From Chloroflexota bacterium (GTDB taxonomy: Bacteria; Chloroflexota; UBA11872; VXOZ01), in assembly GCA_022824225.1 (NCBI GenBank), contig JAJEAH010000046.1, positions 16,910-80,909 on the forward strand: a stretch of DNA of 64,000 nt, read 5' to 3'. The notes below the pieces were generated by a model. That model saw nothing but the letters and a program-made list of their open reading frames with translations. It was not told the DNA's origin and ran no database searches. Both the position numbers and the translations under genes were made by a program. Shown here piece after piece: positions 30,655 to 39,554 of the stretch (position 1 is the first letter of the stretch; each line of letters starts with the position of its first letter).

Positions 30655-31551
30655 ATGCCCGTTGGCGAACGGCACGTTACGGTGAATGGGACTGCCCTGT
30701 GGACGGCAACGCAGGGCAGCGGTCCGCCGGCTGTGCTCTGTCACGGTGGGCCGGGGGCCTACGACAACCTGGAACCCGTCGCCGCTATGCTCGATGATCT
30801 TGCCACCGTTCACCGGTACGACCAACGCGGGGGCGGCCGCTCGCAGGACCGTGGACCCTACAACGTGGCGACCTTCATTGCCGACCTCGATGCCTTGCGC
30901 GCACACTGGGGTTACGAGACGTGGGCAGTCATAGGCCACTCTTGGGGTGCGGCACTCGCCCTCCTGTACGCTATCGAGCACCCTCGGCGCGTCAGCCGCT
31001 TGGTGTACCTTTCCGGTACGGGGATCGATCCCGCCTGGCACCAAGAGTATCGCAAGAACCGTGAAGCGAAGCTGCCTGCCGACCAACGCGAGCGCTTCCG
31101 CTGCCTCGATGAACGACGGGAATCCGCTTCTGGGACTGAACTAGCGAGAATCAATCAAGAGCGGTCCGCCCTGTTGGCCGCGACTGAATACTATGACGCG
31201 GCCGGGTTCGACGAACTTCCCCGGCATGACCGGTTCCCGTTCAACTACGCGCTGAACGCTGCCCTCAATGACGAGTCGAACCGCATGGAGGAAAGTGGCG
31301 TGCTCGCCGCTCAAGTCCGCAACGTCATGGTTCTCACGCTCATCTTGGACGGCGCGGCAGACCCGCGTCCGCGGTGGGCGCGTGCCCACGTCGCTCGATT
31401 AATTTCGAACAGCCGCCACGTGACCGTGCCCCGGGCCGGACACGAGCCGTGGGTCGAGCAGCCGGAAGCCACGGCACGCGCCCTGCGGGAGTTCATGTTG
31501 GCGGCCAGCGCCCACACCGGCGCCTCGGCGGCGACTACAGACCTCAATTGA
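30655..31551 (+). CDS. Alpha/beta hydrolase (proline-iminopeptidase-like)
   Basis: HGGPG oxyanion motif, nucleophile elbow VIGHSWGAALAL and distal AGHEPW. Confidence 0.75.
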   Translation: MPVGERHVTVNGTALWTATQGSGPPAVLCHGGPGAYDNLEPVAAMLDDLATVHRYDQRGGGRSQDRGPYNVATFIADLDALRAHWGYETWAVIGHSWGAALALLYAIEHPRRVSRLVYLSGTGIDPAWHQEYRKNREAKLPADQRERFRCLDERRESASGTELARINQERSALLAATEYYDAAGFDELPRHDRFPFNYALNAALNDESNRMEESGVLAAQVRNVMVLTLILDGAADPRPRWARAHVARLISNSRHVTVPRAGHEPWVEQPEATARALREFMLAASAHTGASAATTDLN

Positions 31552-31599
31552 GCCTGGCGCATGACCGGCATGCAAATTACACACGGCAGGAGGACTGCG

Positions 31600-32643
31600 G
31601 TGGAAAACCAGCCTGAAATCCGAGTGGACATTGCTCCCTGGAAGTACGACGCCCAGTTCGTCTACTCCATGACCTACGACGAAGGCACCATCGACGCCAT
31701 CGTCAATTCGTTTCCCATTCACGAAGAGCACGGCATTCCGGGGCACGTGTGCGCGGTGAGCGGGCATCTGGGACAGCAGCGCCTGGAACGCGGCACGTCC
31801 ATGCGCGAAGTTTTCTACATGAACCAAGAACAGTTGCGCTTCCTCATAGGCAAAGGCTGGACCGTCAGCAGCCACTCCCACACCCACGTGCCGACGGACC
31901 AGGACGGCATCGACCTGGACCTGGAAGTGCGGCTGAGCAAGTGGGAGCTGGAGAAAGCCACCGGCGCGCCCGTGCGGCTCTTTGCCTACTGGGGCAACCT
32001 GCGCATCGCCGACAGGATTCTTCCTGTAGCGCAAGCAGCGGGCTACCAGGGCATATTGAGCATCGGCTATCCCTTCAACGGGCCCGACTATGACGAGTGG
32101 GCCATCATGCGAGGCACCATCGGCCGGGACCTGGCAGGCTGGCTCCAAGAGCCGTCCGCGTCGCTCTACCACCACACCCGCGACGCTTTTCCGGGCGAAC
32201 TGCGTCGGGAGACGACGCGCGGCATGTGGCTGGTGGATATTTCCCACATCGTGGTCGACCGCTTACCCAAAGCCAACGGCCCCGGCATCTGGAATCGCTG
32301 CATGACGCCGGCCATCCTGGACGCCCGCCTGCGCGAGGTGCGGGCCCTATGGGGCAACGAACTGTGGGCCACGGTGCCGGAAGAGGTGGTAGAATACACG
32401 CTCCTGCGCCGGGCGGCTTCTGTGACAGTCACGGCGCGCGGCTCCGACCGCGCCACGTGCGCCGTACATCTGAACGGCCTGCGCGACGACGTGACCGCCA
32501 GAGAACTGACCTTCCGCGCCGAAACGCCGTGGCGTAATGCGACCGTGAACGGCGGAGCCATCTCATCACAGATGAAGGACGGCGCTCTTACCTGGACCGC
32601 GGCGGTTGAAAACGGCACGGAATTCGTGCTGAACGCGAGTTAG
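31600..32643 (+). CDS. Polysaccharide deacetylase (NodB-homology)-like protein
   Basis: TYDEG (cf. TFDDG) and HSHTH (cf. HxxxH) motifs. GTG 31600 follows AGGAGG plus a 6-nt spacer. The maximal ORF starts at ATG 31561. Confidence 0.55.
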   Translation: MENQPEIRVDIAPWKYDAQFVYSMTYDEGTIDAIVNSFPIHEEHGIPGHVCAVSGHLGQQRLERGTSMREVFYMNQEQLRFLIGKGWTVSSHSHTHVPTDQDGIDLDLEVRLSKWELEKATGAPVRLFAYWGNLRIADRILPVAQAAGYQGILSIGYPFNGPDYDEWAIMRGTIGRDLAGWLQEPSASLYHHTRDAFPGELRRETTRGMWLVDISHIVVDRLPKANGPGIWNRCMTPAILDARLREVRALWGNELWATVPEEVVEYTLLRRAASVTVTARGSDRATCAVHLNGLRDDVTARELTFRAETPWRNATVNGGAISSQMKDGALTWTAAVENGTEFVLNAS

Positions 32644-32760
32644 GCAAAGCGGGCAAGCAAGGCTAGCCGGGCAAGTCGGCCAAGCTGGGCAGGTCAGCCA
32701 AGCTGGGCAAGCTAGCCAAGCCGGGCAAGCTAGGCAAGCCGGGCAAGCTAGGCAAGCCGG
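32644..32760 (+). repeat. 13 x 9-bp microsatellite (GCAAGCCGG/GCAAGCTAG variants) starting directly after the stop codon
   Basis: Units were counted base by base from 32644. A second, more degenerate block lies at about 32977..33089. Confidence 0.9.
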
Positions 32761-33213
32761 GCAACACGAGAGTCCCAATCCGTTCGCCCTGAGCCTAGTC
32801 GAAGGGTGAACGGATTGGGTCGCCCGTCTATCACGACCCACCAGCCCTGCTCCCATCCATGCTTCGACACGCTCAGCACGAACGGGAGCAAGAACAACGC
32901 ACGCAATGCTGAGCGTTCCGGTTCCGAGCAGGGGATGGACAGCCGCAACGCCAGCCAGGCGCGCTAGGCACGAGTTGGGCAAGCCGGACAGGCAAGGCAA
33001 GCTAGGCAAACCGGCCATGTTAAAGGCAAGCCGCTCAGGCCGGGCAAGCTGGGCAAGTCAGCCAAGCCGGGCAAGCTAGGCAAGCCGGGCAACACGAGAG
33101 TCCCAATCCGTTGGCCCTGAGCCTAGTCGAAGGGTGAACGGATTGGGACTCTCGTTCATCACGACCCACCACCTCTGCTCCCATCCATGCTTCGACACGC
33201 TCAGCACGAACGG
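32752..33213 (+). repeat. Two 134-bp direct repeats (32752..32885 and 33080..33213, 328-bp period), each containing a 'PFTLRLGSG' hairpin
   Basis: Copy B has an intact 17-bp stem GAGAGTCCCAATCCGTT/AACGGATTGGGACTCTC (33096..33112 and 33137..33153). The 3' arm of copy A is degraded. Confidence 0.85.
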
Positions 33214-33328
33214 CGTGAGCTGCTGGTGGCCCTGGGCGGCAAGACGGCAGCGGTGGGGATTGCGCGCAATCGAGGACGAGACGGATTCAGTGGCGCAAGA
33301 GGAAGTCACAACCGTGAGATCTGTGCCC

Positions 33329-33475
33329 TAGCGGCGCGCGAGGGGCGCGTCGGTGTTACTACCCTCGCCCACCGGGCCCGCCACGGTTCAAGCCGCGCGC
33401 GAGGGGCGCGTCGGACGTGGGCGAGATTGCCGTCGCCAGGATGAGCGCTCTAGCCGCGCGCGTGGGGCGCGTCGT
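33329..33475 (+). repeat. Three 25-nt repeats at an exact 61-bp period, separated by two unrelated 36-nt spacers
   Basis: TAGCGGCGCGCGAGGGGCGCGTCGG (33329), AAGCCGCGCGCGAGGGGCGCGTCGG (33390) and TAGCCGCGCGCGTGGGGCGCGTCGT (33451). Confidence 0.8.
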
Positions 33476-33576
33476 CTGCATCCCGCGCACAGACTTGTCA
33501 CTCCGCACGCAATTATGCCGTCCCGATCGCAGCCTTTTCATCCCAAACGGCAGCGTAGTTTTACCGTGCATAGTCT

Positions 33577-33740
33577 TGTCATCACGGCCGCAGACTTGTC
33601 ATTCCGGGCGCACACCTGTCACTCCAAGCGCAGACTTGTCATTCCGAGCGGCAGCGAGGAATCTAGTGTCCACGTCTAAACTACTCGAACCGGCGGGCAG
33701 CTTAGATTCCTCTTTCCGCTGCGCTCCACTCGGAATGACA
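33577..33740 (+). repeat. Four TGTCAYYCC units at a 20-bp period, running into a GTCATTCCGAGCG...CGGAATGACA MITE-like hairpin
   Basis: Unit starts at 33577, 33597, 33617 and 33637. The hairpin element spans 33637..33740. Confidence 0.8.
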
Positions 33741-34140
33741 TACGGGCGTTGGCACTCCACTCGAAAGGACTTTCGGACAACAGGACTTCACCCGGATTGA
33801 CACTCGGAAGCAGGGCTCCATTCGGAGTGACATTTGAGCGTTGGGCTCCACTCGGAAGGACTTTCGGATAACAGGACTTCACTCGGATTGACACTCGGAA
33901 ACAGGGCTCCATTCGGAATGACATCTAGGCGTTGGCGCTCCAATCGGAATGACTTTCGGGCAATAGGTCTCCATTTCGTACGACATTCGCGCCACTGGCG
34001 CTCTATGCAGTGTGGCGTCCGCGCAAATGGCGCTCCGTGCCATTGGCGTTCCATTCCGAACGACATTTGGGCATTGGCGCTCCATGCAGTATGACATTCG
34101 CGCGATAGGCGTGCTCTGCGGTACGACGCTCGCGCAATTT
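33724..34140 (+). repeat. Degenerate satellite of about 13 units at a 30-32-bp period (core CTCCAYTCGGAATGACA), with a ~92-bp higher-order repeat
   Basis: Unit starts at 33724, 33755, 33786, 33816, 33846, 33877, 33907, 33938, 33969, 34001, 34033, 34080 and 34114. Confidence 0.8.
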
Positions 34141-34197
34141 GAGGCAACTCCTCTACCAATAGGGCAATTGCCGACAAACTAGCGCGCCCAAGCAAAC

Positions 34198-35445
34198 CTA
34201 CACCGCCTCCGCGGCTCGCTCCCTACTAAGCGCTTTCTGCACCTTTGCTACGGCGTCCACGATCTGCCGCATGTCCGCTTCCTCGGCGAGCAGAGCGTTT
34301 TGGGGCAGCCAGACCCCTTCCGCGTGGGCGATGCGGTCGGTATTGGGCAGGGGGCGGTCCAGCGGGTCGTCGGTACGCCCAAGCTGCCGCAGGATGTCCT
34401 TTACCGAGTTCTTGACGGCGTTCTGCTCGTGGCAGGGCCAATCGTAGCCGTTTGAGCAGGGAATGCCCTCGGCGTTGAGCGCCTCGAGGAACGCGGCGCG
34501 GTCGTTCCCGCCAAACGCCTCCCGGTCATAGCGCAGCATGTACAGGTGGTGGGCGTGGCCGGTAACCTCGGCCGGACGGTGTTGCGGCGCAATGCCGGGG
34601 ATTTCCGCCAGGTGGGTGTCCAGATACGTCGCGTTGGCCTCACGCCGCGCCATCTGTTCGGGCACGCGGGTAAGTTGCGCCCGCAGCAGCGCGCCGTGAA
34701 ACTCGCTGAGGCGGTAGTTCCAGCCCAGGCGCTCGTGCTGGTACCACGCGCCTTCCCGGAGACGTCCCACGTTCATGATCGACCACGTGAGTTCGGCCAA
34801 TTCCTGGTCGTTGGTGCAGATGGCGCCGCCCTCGCCGCAGTTGAGATTCTTGCTCGACTGGAAACTGAAGCTGCCCAGGTCGCCCACACCGCCCACGCCC
34901 TGGCCGCGCCACGCTGCGCCGTGGGCTTGGGCCGCGTCTTCCATCACGCGCAGGCCGTGTTTCCGCGCCACTGCCAGGATGCCGTCCATGTCCGGCGATT
35001 GACCCGCAATGTGCACCGGAAGGATCGCCTTGGTGCGGGGCGTGATGGCGGCCTCCACGTCGGCGGGATCGAGCTCGAACGTGTCCGGGTCGATATCGGC
35101 AAAGACCGGAATCGCCCCCAGGAAGAGCGGCGCGGCGGGGGTGGCGACAAACGTATACGACGGACAGATCACCTCGTCGCCAAACTCCACGTCCAGCACC
35201 CGCAAGCCCAATTCCAATGCGCACGTGCCGTTCACGAGCGCAATACAGTATTTCGTGCCTTGAAAGGCGGCGAATTCTTCCTCGAACTCGACCACCTGGG
35301 AACCGGCGTTGCGGCCCCACACGCCGGTGCGCAGAGTCTCGATGAGGGCCTTTTCGTCCAGGCCGTCCCACACCGGCCAAGCCGGAAACGGCGCTGTCCG
35401 CACCGGCGTTCCACCGTCACGGGCGAGTGTTTCATTCATTTCCAT
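34198..35445 (-). CDS. DegT/DnrJ/EryC1/StrS-family PLP aminotransferase
   Basis: Motifs RDGGTPVR..FPAWPVWD, FSFQSSKNLNCGEGGAI and HAHHLYMLRY. Start is ATG 35445 or 35439, downstream of GGGAG. The maximal ORF runs to 35598. Confidence 0.85.
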   Translation of the reverse strand: MEMNETLARDGGTPVRTAPFPAWPVWDGLDEKALIETLRTGVWGRNAGSQVVEFEEEFAAFQGTKYCIALVNGTCALELGLRVLDVEFGDEVICPSYTFVATPAAPLFLGAIPVFADIDPDTFELDPADVEAAITPRTKAILPVHIAGQSPDMDGILAVARKHGLRVMEDAAQAHGAAWRGQGVGGVGDLGSFSFQSSKNLNCGEGGAICTNDQELAELTWSIMNVGRLREGAWYQHERLGWNYRLSEFHGALLRAQLTRVPEQMARREANATYLDTHLAEIPGIAPQHRPAEVTGHAHHLYMLRYDREAFGGNDRAAFLEALNAEGIPCSNGYDWPCHEQNAVKNSVKDILRQLGRTDDPLDRPLPNTDRIAHAEGVWLPQNALLAEEADMRQIVDAVAKVQKALSRERAAEAV

Positions 35446-35584
35446 ATCACTCCCTGTCATCAAGAGTCTCTGATTCCGGCCGTACCATGGTCTCTCACGG
35501 TCATGCTGCGCGCCTGGCCGTCCTACGTTAGGGGCACGACCCGCGCTTACCGCAGGCTGGAACGCCTGGCGCGGCCAAGCCGTC

Positions 35585-35620
35585 CTACGTAGGGGCACGA
35601 CATGTCGTGCCCCTACGTAG
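35585..35620. repeat. Perfect 36-bp palindrome CTACGTAGGGGCACGACA|TGTCGTGCCCCTACGTAG
   Basis: All 18 pairs were checked. A half-site copy, TCCTACGTTAGGGGCACGAC, lies at 35521..35540. Confidence 0.95.
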
Positions 35621-35725
35621 TGTCGCCAACTTTGCGAGCGATCGCACTGTCCTCGCTAGGTGATACCCCAACGCCATGCCAATTCGCGGCTGCCGCCAAA
35701 GGTGTCACCGTGAATTATACGCTGC

Positions 35726-36415
35726 CTAGCGCACAGCCACAGCCCGAATCGCCAGCGTGAACTCGCCGCGCGGTCGGTTCTGCTCGAAATGAGCGATCAC
35801 TTCGCCAATCGTCCCGCGCAGTATCTCTTCGTGCAGCTTGGTCAACTCCCGCGCCACCACGATTTCCCGGTCTCCCAAACTCGCCAAGCACGTATTCAGG
35901 TCTGATACAAGACGATGGGGCGAGGCGTAGATGACGAGCGTAAACGGCAGGTCTGCCACGGCAGTCAGCAGCCGCCTGCGCCGCGCCGGCCGCCCCGGCA
36001 AGAAGCCGAGAAAGCAGAACATGCTGCCTGGAAAACCGGCGATGGACACGGCAGCCGCGGCCGCCGTTGGTCCCGGTACTGGAACAACCGTGATCCCACT
36101 TTCCACCGCAGCGGCGATGAGCGGCTGGCCGGGATCGGCAATGCCCGGTGTGCCGGCGTCCGTGACCAGGGCTACGCTCTTGCCCTCTTCCAAGGTTTGG
36201 AGAATGCGCTCCAGGCGGGCAGTTCCGCTGTGGGCGTGAAAGCTGGTGAGGGGCGTGTGAATGTCCAGGTGCGCCAGCAGCTTGCGGGTATGGCGGGTGT
36301 CCTCAGCGGCAATTACGTCAACCTCGCCGAGGACCCGCACCGCCCGCAGCGTAATGTCTTCCAGGTTGCCGATGGGTGTGGCTACGACGTAGAGCAGACC
36401 GGGCATTCTCGCCAT
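35726..36415 (-). CDS. rsmI: 16S rRNA (cytidine-2'-O)-methyltransferase RsmI
   Basis: LLYVVATPIGNLEDITLRAVRVLGEVDVIAAEDTRHTRKLL. Confidence 0.85.
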   Translation of the reverse strand: MARMPGLLYVVATPIGNLEDITLRAVRVLGEVDVIAAEDTRHTRKLLAHLDIHTPLTSFHAHSGTARLERILQTLEEGKSVALVTDAGTPGIADPGQPLIAAAVESGITVVPVPGPTAAAAAVSIAGFPGSMFCFLGFLPGRPARRRRLLTAVADLPFTLVIYASPHRLVSDLNTCLASLGDREIVVARELTKLHEEILRGTIGEVIAHFEQNRPRGEFTLAIRAVAVR

Positions 36416-36561
36416 CTACGCCTTTCTCAAATGCGCCAAGCGCTCATGGCAGCGCAAACAGGACAACGGACTCTCTCACCGTAGCTCTCCCTTGAGGGTC
36501 TAGCGAGCCGACGGCACACCCTCAGGATTTGCAAGCCCCACTCCCCATCACGGCAGCGGCC

Positions 36562-37422
36562 CTATCGTCCCCAGTCGCGGGGATAGCGAAAGTCCCGTTC
36601 GATGGTGCGCTGGGAGAGCTTGGCGATGATGGGCGGCCGCCGCTTGTATTGCATCGCCTGCACCATACGCGTTACGTAGCCCACGAACTCCTCGTCGAAT
36701 CCGGCCGCGACCAGCTCTCCGGGAGAATACCGCTCGTCCACCAGCAGGTAGAGCACGTGGTCTACGTCTTCATAGGTAAAGCCCAGTTCGTTCTCGTCCG
36801 ATTGCCCCGGCCAGAGATCGGCGCTCGGCGGTTTTGCCATGATTGGCTCGGGAACCCCCAAATGGCGGGACAGTTGCCGCACCTGGGCCTTGTAGAGATC
36901 GCCGATGGGGTTTACGGCGCTCGCCATGTCGCCGTGCAGTGTGCTGTAGCCGAGCAGGAGTTCCGTCTTGTTGCTCGTGCCCAGCGGCAAGCCGTTGAAT
37001 TCGACGGTGTGGTCGTAGAGGACGATCATGCGGGTGCGGGCGATCACATTGCCGCGCCGCTTCACGTCCATATCGCGAAATTCGGCGAAGTAGGGATCCA
37101 CCAAAGGCGTAATCTCGATGACTTTCGAGGGTATGCCCAACTCCTCGACGACGCCGTAGCCGTCGTTGAGACTGTCGGGGTTTGATTCCCGGTAGGGCAG
37201 CAGCAGCGCCAGCACGTTTTCCGGCCCCAAAGCCCCGGCGGCCAGGAAAGCCGACAGCGCGGAGTCGATGCCGCCGGAGAGGTTCAGCACGACACGGGAG
37301 AAGCCGAACTTCCGCACCTCGTTCTGCAGGAAGCTGTGCAGGATTCGTTCCGTGAGCGGCAGGTTGAGCTGCAGCGCGCTCCGCGCCTTGGCGACGAGGT
37401 CTGCTTTTGGTGGGGTCGTCAT
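36562..37422 (-). CDS. nadE: NAD+ synthetase, synthetase (PP-loop) subunit
   Basis: Motif VLNLSGGIDSALSA. 286 aa with no fused CN-hydrolase domain. The start overlaps the upstream stop as ATGA. Confidence 0.85.
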   Translation of the reverse strand: MTTPPKADLVAKARSALQLNLPLTERILHSFLQNEVRKFGFSRVVLNLSGGIDSALSAFLAAGALGPENVLALLLPYRESNPDSLNDGYGVVEELGIPSKVIEITPLVDPYFAEFRDMDVKRRGNVIARTRMIVLYDHTVEFNGLPLGTSNKTELLLGYSTLHGDMASAVNPIGDLYKAQVRQLSRHLGVPEPIMAKPPSADLWPGQSDENELGFTYEDVDHVLYLLVDERYSPGELVAAGFDEEFVGYVTRMVQAMQYKRRPPIIAKLSQRTIERDFRYPRDWGR

Positions 37423-38303
37423 GCGTAGCGCTCGCGGTAGATGCGGCGGAATTCGCGGTAGGTGAGGTCAAGCCGCTCGTCGCGCAGCAGCGGCAGGAGC
37501 GATCGCTGGCGGCGCAAGGCACCGGCGGAAATCTCCGCCGTGACCAGTGTCTCCTCGAAATACGGAGCGCGCACGAGCACCGCGCCGTCGGGCCCCACCA
37601 CTTCCGAGCCGCCCCAAAAATTCACGCCGTCTTCGTACCCGACCCGGTTGCAGTAGACCACGTAGCTCGTGAACATGCGGGCGTAGAGGTTATTGAGATT
37701 GTGCCAGGTCTCGGCGCTGCGCAGGTCTTGAGACTCGCCGGACACGCCGCGCCCCGGCCCGCTGGAGATGCCCAATATCAAGTCCGCGCCGTCGGCGTGC
37801 ACGATGCTTACGGCGGACGGATGCCAAAAGTCCTCGCAGATCAGCGTGCCTAAGCGGCCAAACCGGGTGTCGTACGCGCGCAGGTGCTCTCCGGCCGCCA
37901 GGTACCGGCCCTCGTCGAACATGCCGTACGTCGCCAGATATACCTTGCGGTGCACGTGGTGGACCCGCCCGCCTTCCGCGTACACCGCGCTATTGTAGAA
38001 GCGCCGGTCGGCGGATTCTTCCACCATGCCGAAGAGCAGGCTGACCTGCCGGCTGGCGGCGTAGAGCGGTTCCAGGCGCGGATCGTCCAGCAGACACGCC
38101 GTCTCTTGCACCAGATCTTCCAGGAAATAGCCGTGGAGCGACAGCTCCGGGAAGAGCAGCAGGTCCACGCCCTGCGCTTCCGCCTGTGCGATTGCATCCA
38201 GGTGTTTCTGGATGTTGCGCGCCACGTCACCCAGGTGCGGGTTGATCTGCGCCAAACCAATGCGCAGTGACTGCAGCGGATTCTTTGTTCGTTCAGGAAG
38301 CAT
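37419..38303 (-). CDS. Carbon-nitrogen hydrolase (nitrilase superfamily), likely the glutaminase partner of NadE
   Basis: Motifs LLLFPELSLHGY (Glu) and LICEDFWHP (Cys). 4-nt ATGA overlap with nadE. Confidence 0.8.
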   Translation of the reverse strand: MLPERTKNPLQSLRIGLAQINPHLGDVARNIQKHLDAIAQAEAQGVDLLLFPELSLHGYFLEDLVQETACLLDDPRLEPLYAASRQVSLLFGMVEESADRRFYNSAVYAEGGRVHHVHRKVYLATYGMFDEGRYLAAGEHLRAYDTRFGRLGTLICEDFWHPSAVSIVHADGADLILGISSGPGRGVSGESQDLRSAETWHNLNNLYARMFTSYVVYCNRVGYEDGVNFWGGSEVVGPDGAVLVRAPYFEETLVTAEISAGALRRQRSLLPLLRDERLDLTYREFRRIYRERYA

Positions 38304-38697
38304 GAGTCATCTGGCGACTATCTGCCCACTGCCAGGTATCCCGGATGGAGAGTGCGTCTGAATAGCAACATCATTGTAGCGGCCTGCTAGTAACTGGGCT
38401 AGTGATGAGGTGAGCTACCGCCAAGTTCGGCAGTGATGGGCGATGACGAGAGAGTCGCAGAGCAGAAGGCTTCTCTTTCCTCCTACAATGTAGAACTTGC
38501 CCAATTGCAGCTAGACGGACAAATACGTAGTTGAATTCTCGCTCTGTGAAGAGCGAAGGTGCGGGAGTGTGTCTGACGGTGGAAGTATCGGGACTCTAAA
38601 TAAGAGTCTGTTGATGAAGCGGGAAAATGGGACTGACTCTAGTCTGTTTCTATACTGTACACTGGTAGTGTAAGTTGAGAATGAAAAGGAATGAGCC

Positions 38698-38949
38698 ATG
38701 GGAGTCCTCGATAGAGAGATAGCTGCCTATGAGAATATGCGCGATTTCCTTGAGCGTGAGCACCCGCAGGAGTGGGTCGTTATTCATGACGAGGAACTCT
38801 CAGGTACCTATGATGATTTCCAAGAGGCCGCTGCTGAAGCGACCCGGCGGTTTGGCCGTGGACCTTTTCTAATTCGGCAAGTAGGTGCTCCTCCTGCGAC
38901 TCTGCCCGCGTCCGTTCTCTATAGGCCTGTAACCCATGCCGACAGCTAG
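38698..38949 (+). CDS. Small protein, DUF5678-like (83 aa)
   Basis: The pattern YENMRDFLEREHPQEWVVIHDEELSGTYDDFQEAAAEA..GRGPFLIRQVG resembles the short 'W-V-A-I..d..vv' family. Low confidence because the assignment is from memory only. Confidence 0.45.
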   Translation: MGVLDREIAAYENMRDFLEREHPQEWVVIHDEELSGTYDDFQEAAAEATRRFGRGPFLIRQVGAPPATLPASVLYRPVTHADS

Positions 38950-39418
38950 AATTGGATTCAACGACACTGATTCTCTGTCTGGTCTAGATCTACTGATTAG
39001 ATTCGGCCCAACTCTATTCGTGCAAATTGGATTCGATCCGGCTTATACTCCCGATGTTTCACCTTGTCCAAGTTTGCCGCAGCTTGAGTTGCCGGCGTTA
39101 GTTGATACCGGCGCAAGTGAGAGTTGCATCGACTCAGCTCTAGCTCAGAAATTAGAGCTACCGGCGGTTGATACGGGCTATATCTCAGGCGTGCAGGGAG
39201 CAAGCGAGACGGTCATTTACTTGGCGCAGATCTACGTACCTAGACTAAACTGGACCATTTACGGCAGGTTTTCTGGCGTTCACCTAGTTTCAGGCGGCCA
39301 GCCTCACAACGCTCTTCTCGGTAGAGATTTCCTGCGACACTTCGTCCTTACCTATGATGGAAGGACGGGGGATGTGATTATTGGGAACGACCTGGACCCA
39401 CTACCTCGCGTTGAGTGA
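38936..39418 (+). CDS. Retropepsin-like (clan AA) aspartic protease
   Basis: Active-site motif ALVDTGASESCID and the distal motif ALLGRDFLRHFVLTYDGRTGDV. Overlaps the upstream ORF by 14 nt. Confidence 0.7.
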   Translation: MPTARIGFNDTDSLSGLDLLIRFGPTLFVQIGFDPAYTPDVSPCPSLPQLELPALVDTGASESCIDSALAQKLELPAVDTGYISGVQGASETVIYLAQIYVPRLNWTIYGRFSGVHLVSGGQPHNALLGRDFLRHFVLTYDGRTGDVIIGNDLDPLPRVE

Positions 39419-39554
39419 GACCACTTTCAGTTGACCTAGACCTCAACCAGTTCTAACTCAACACGGATGTCTTCGCGTTGGCTTGCTACGAACCTGCGGC
39501 TTTGTCAGGGATAGACACTGACGGAATCGAGATCGTGAGGAAGGGAATTCTCCC

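Noticed and set aside
32566-33018. 150-aa minus-strand ORF with a CPAC/CPAW repeat (..ACLACPACLACPAWLACPAWLTCPAW..)
   Set aside because: The Cys-Pro-Ala repeat is simply the translation of the 9-bp microsatellite. The ORF continues through hairpin repeats and overlaps the end of the convergent deacetylase gene.
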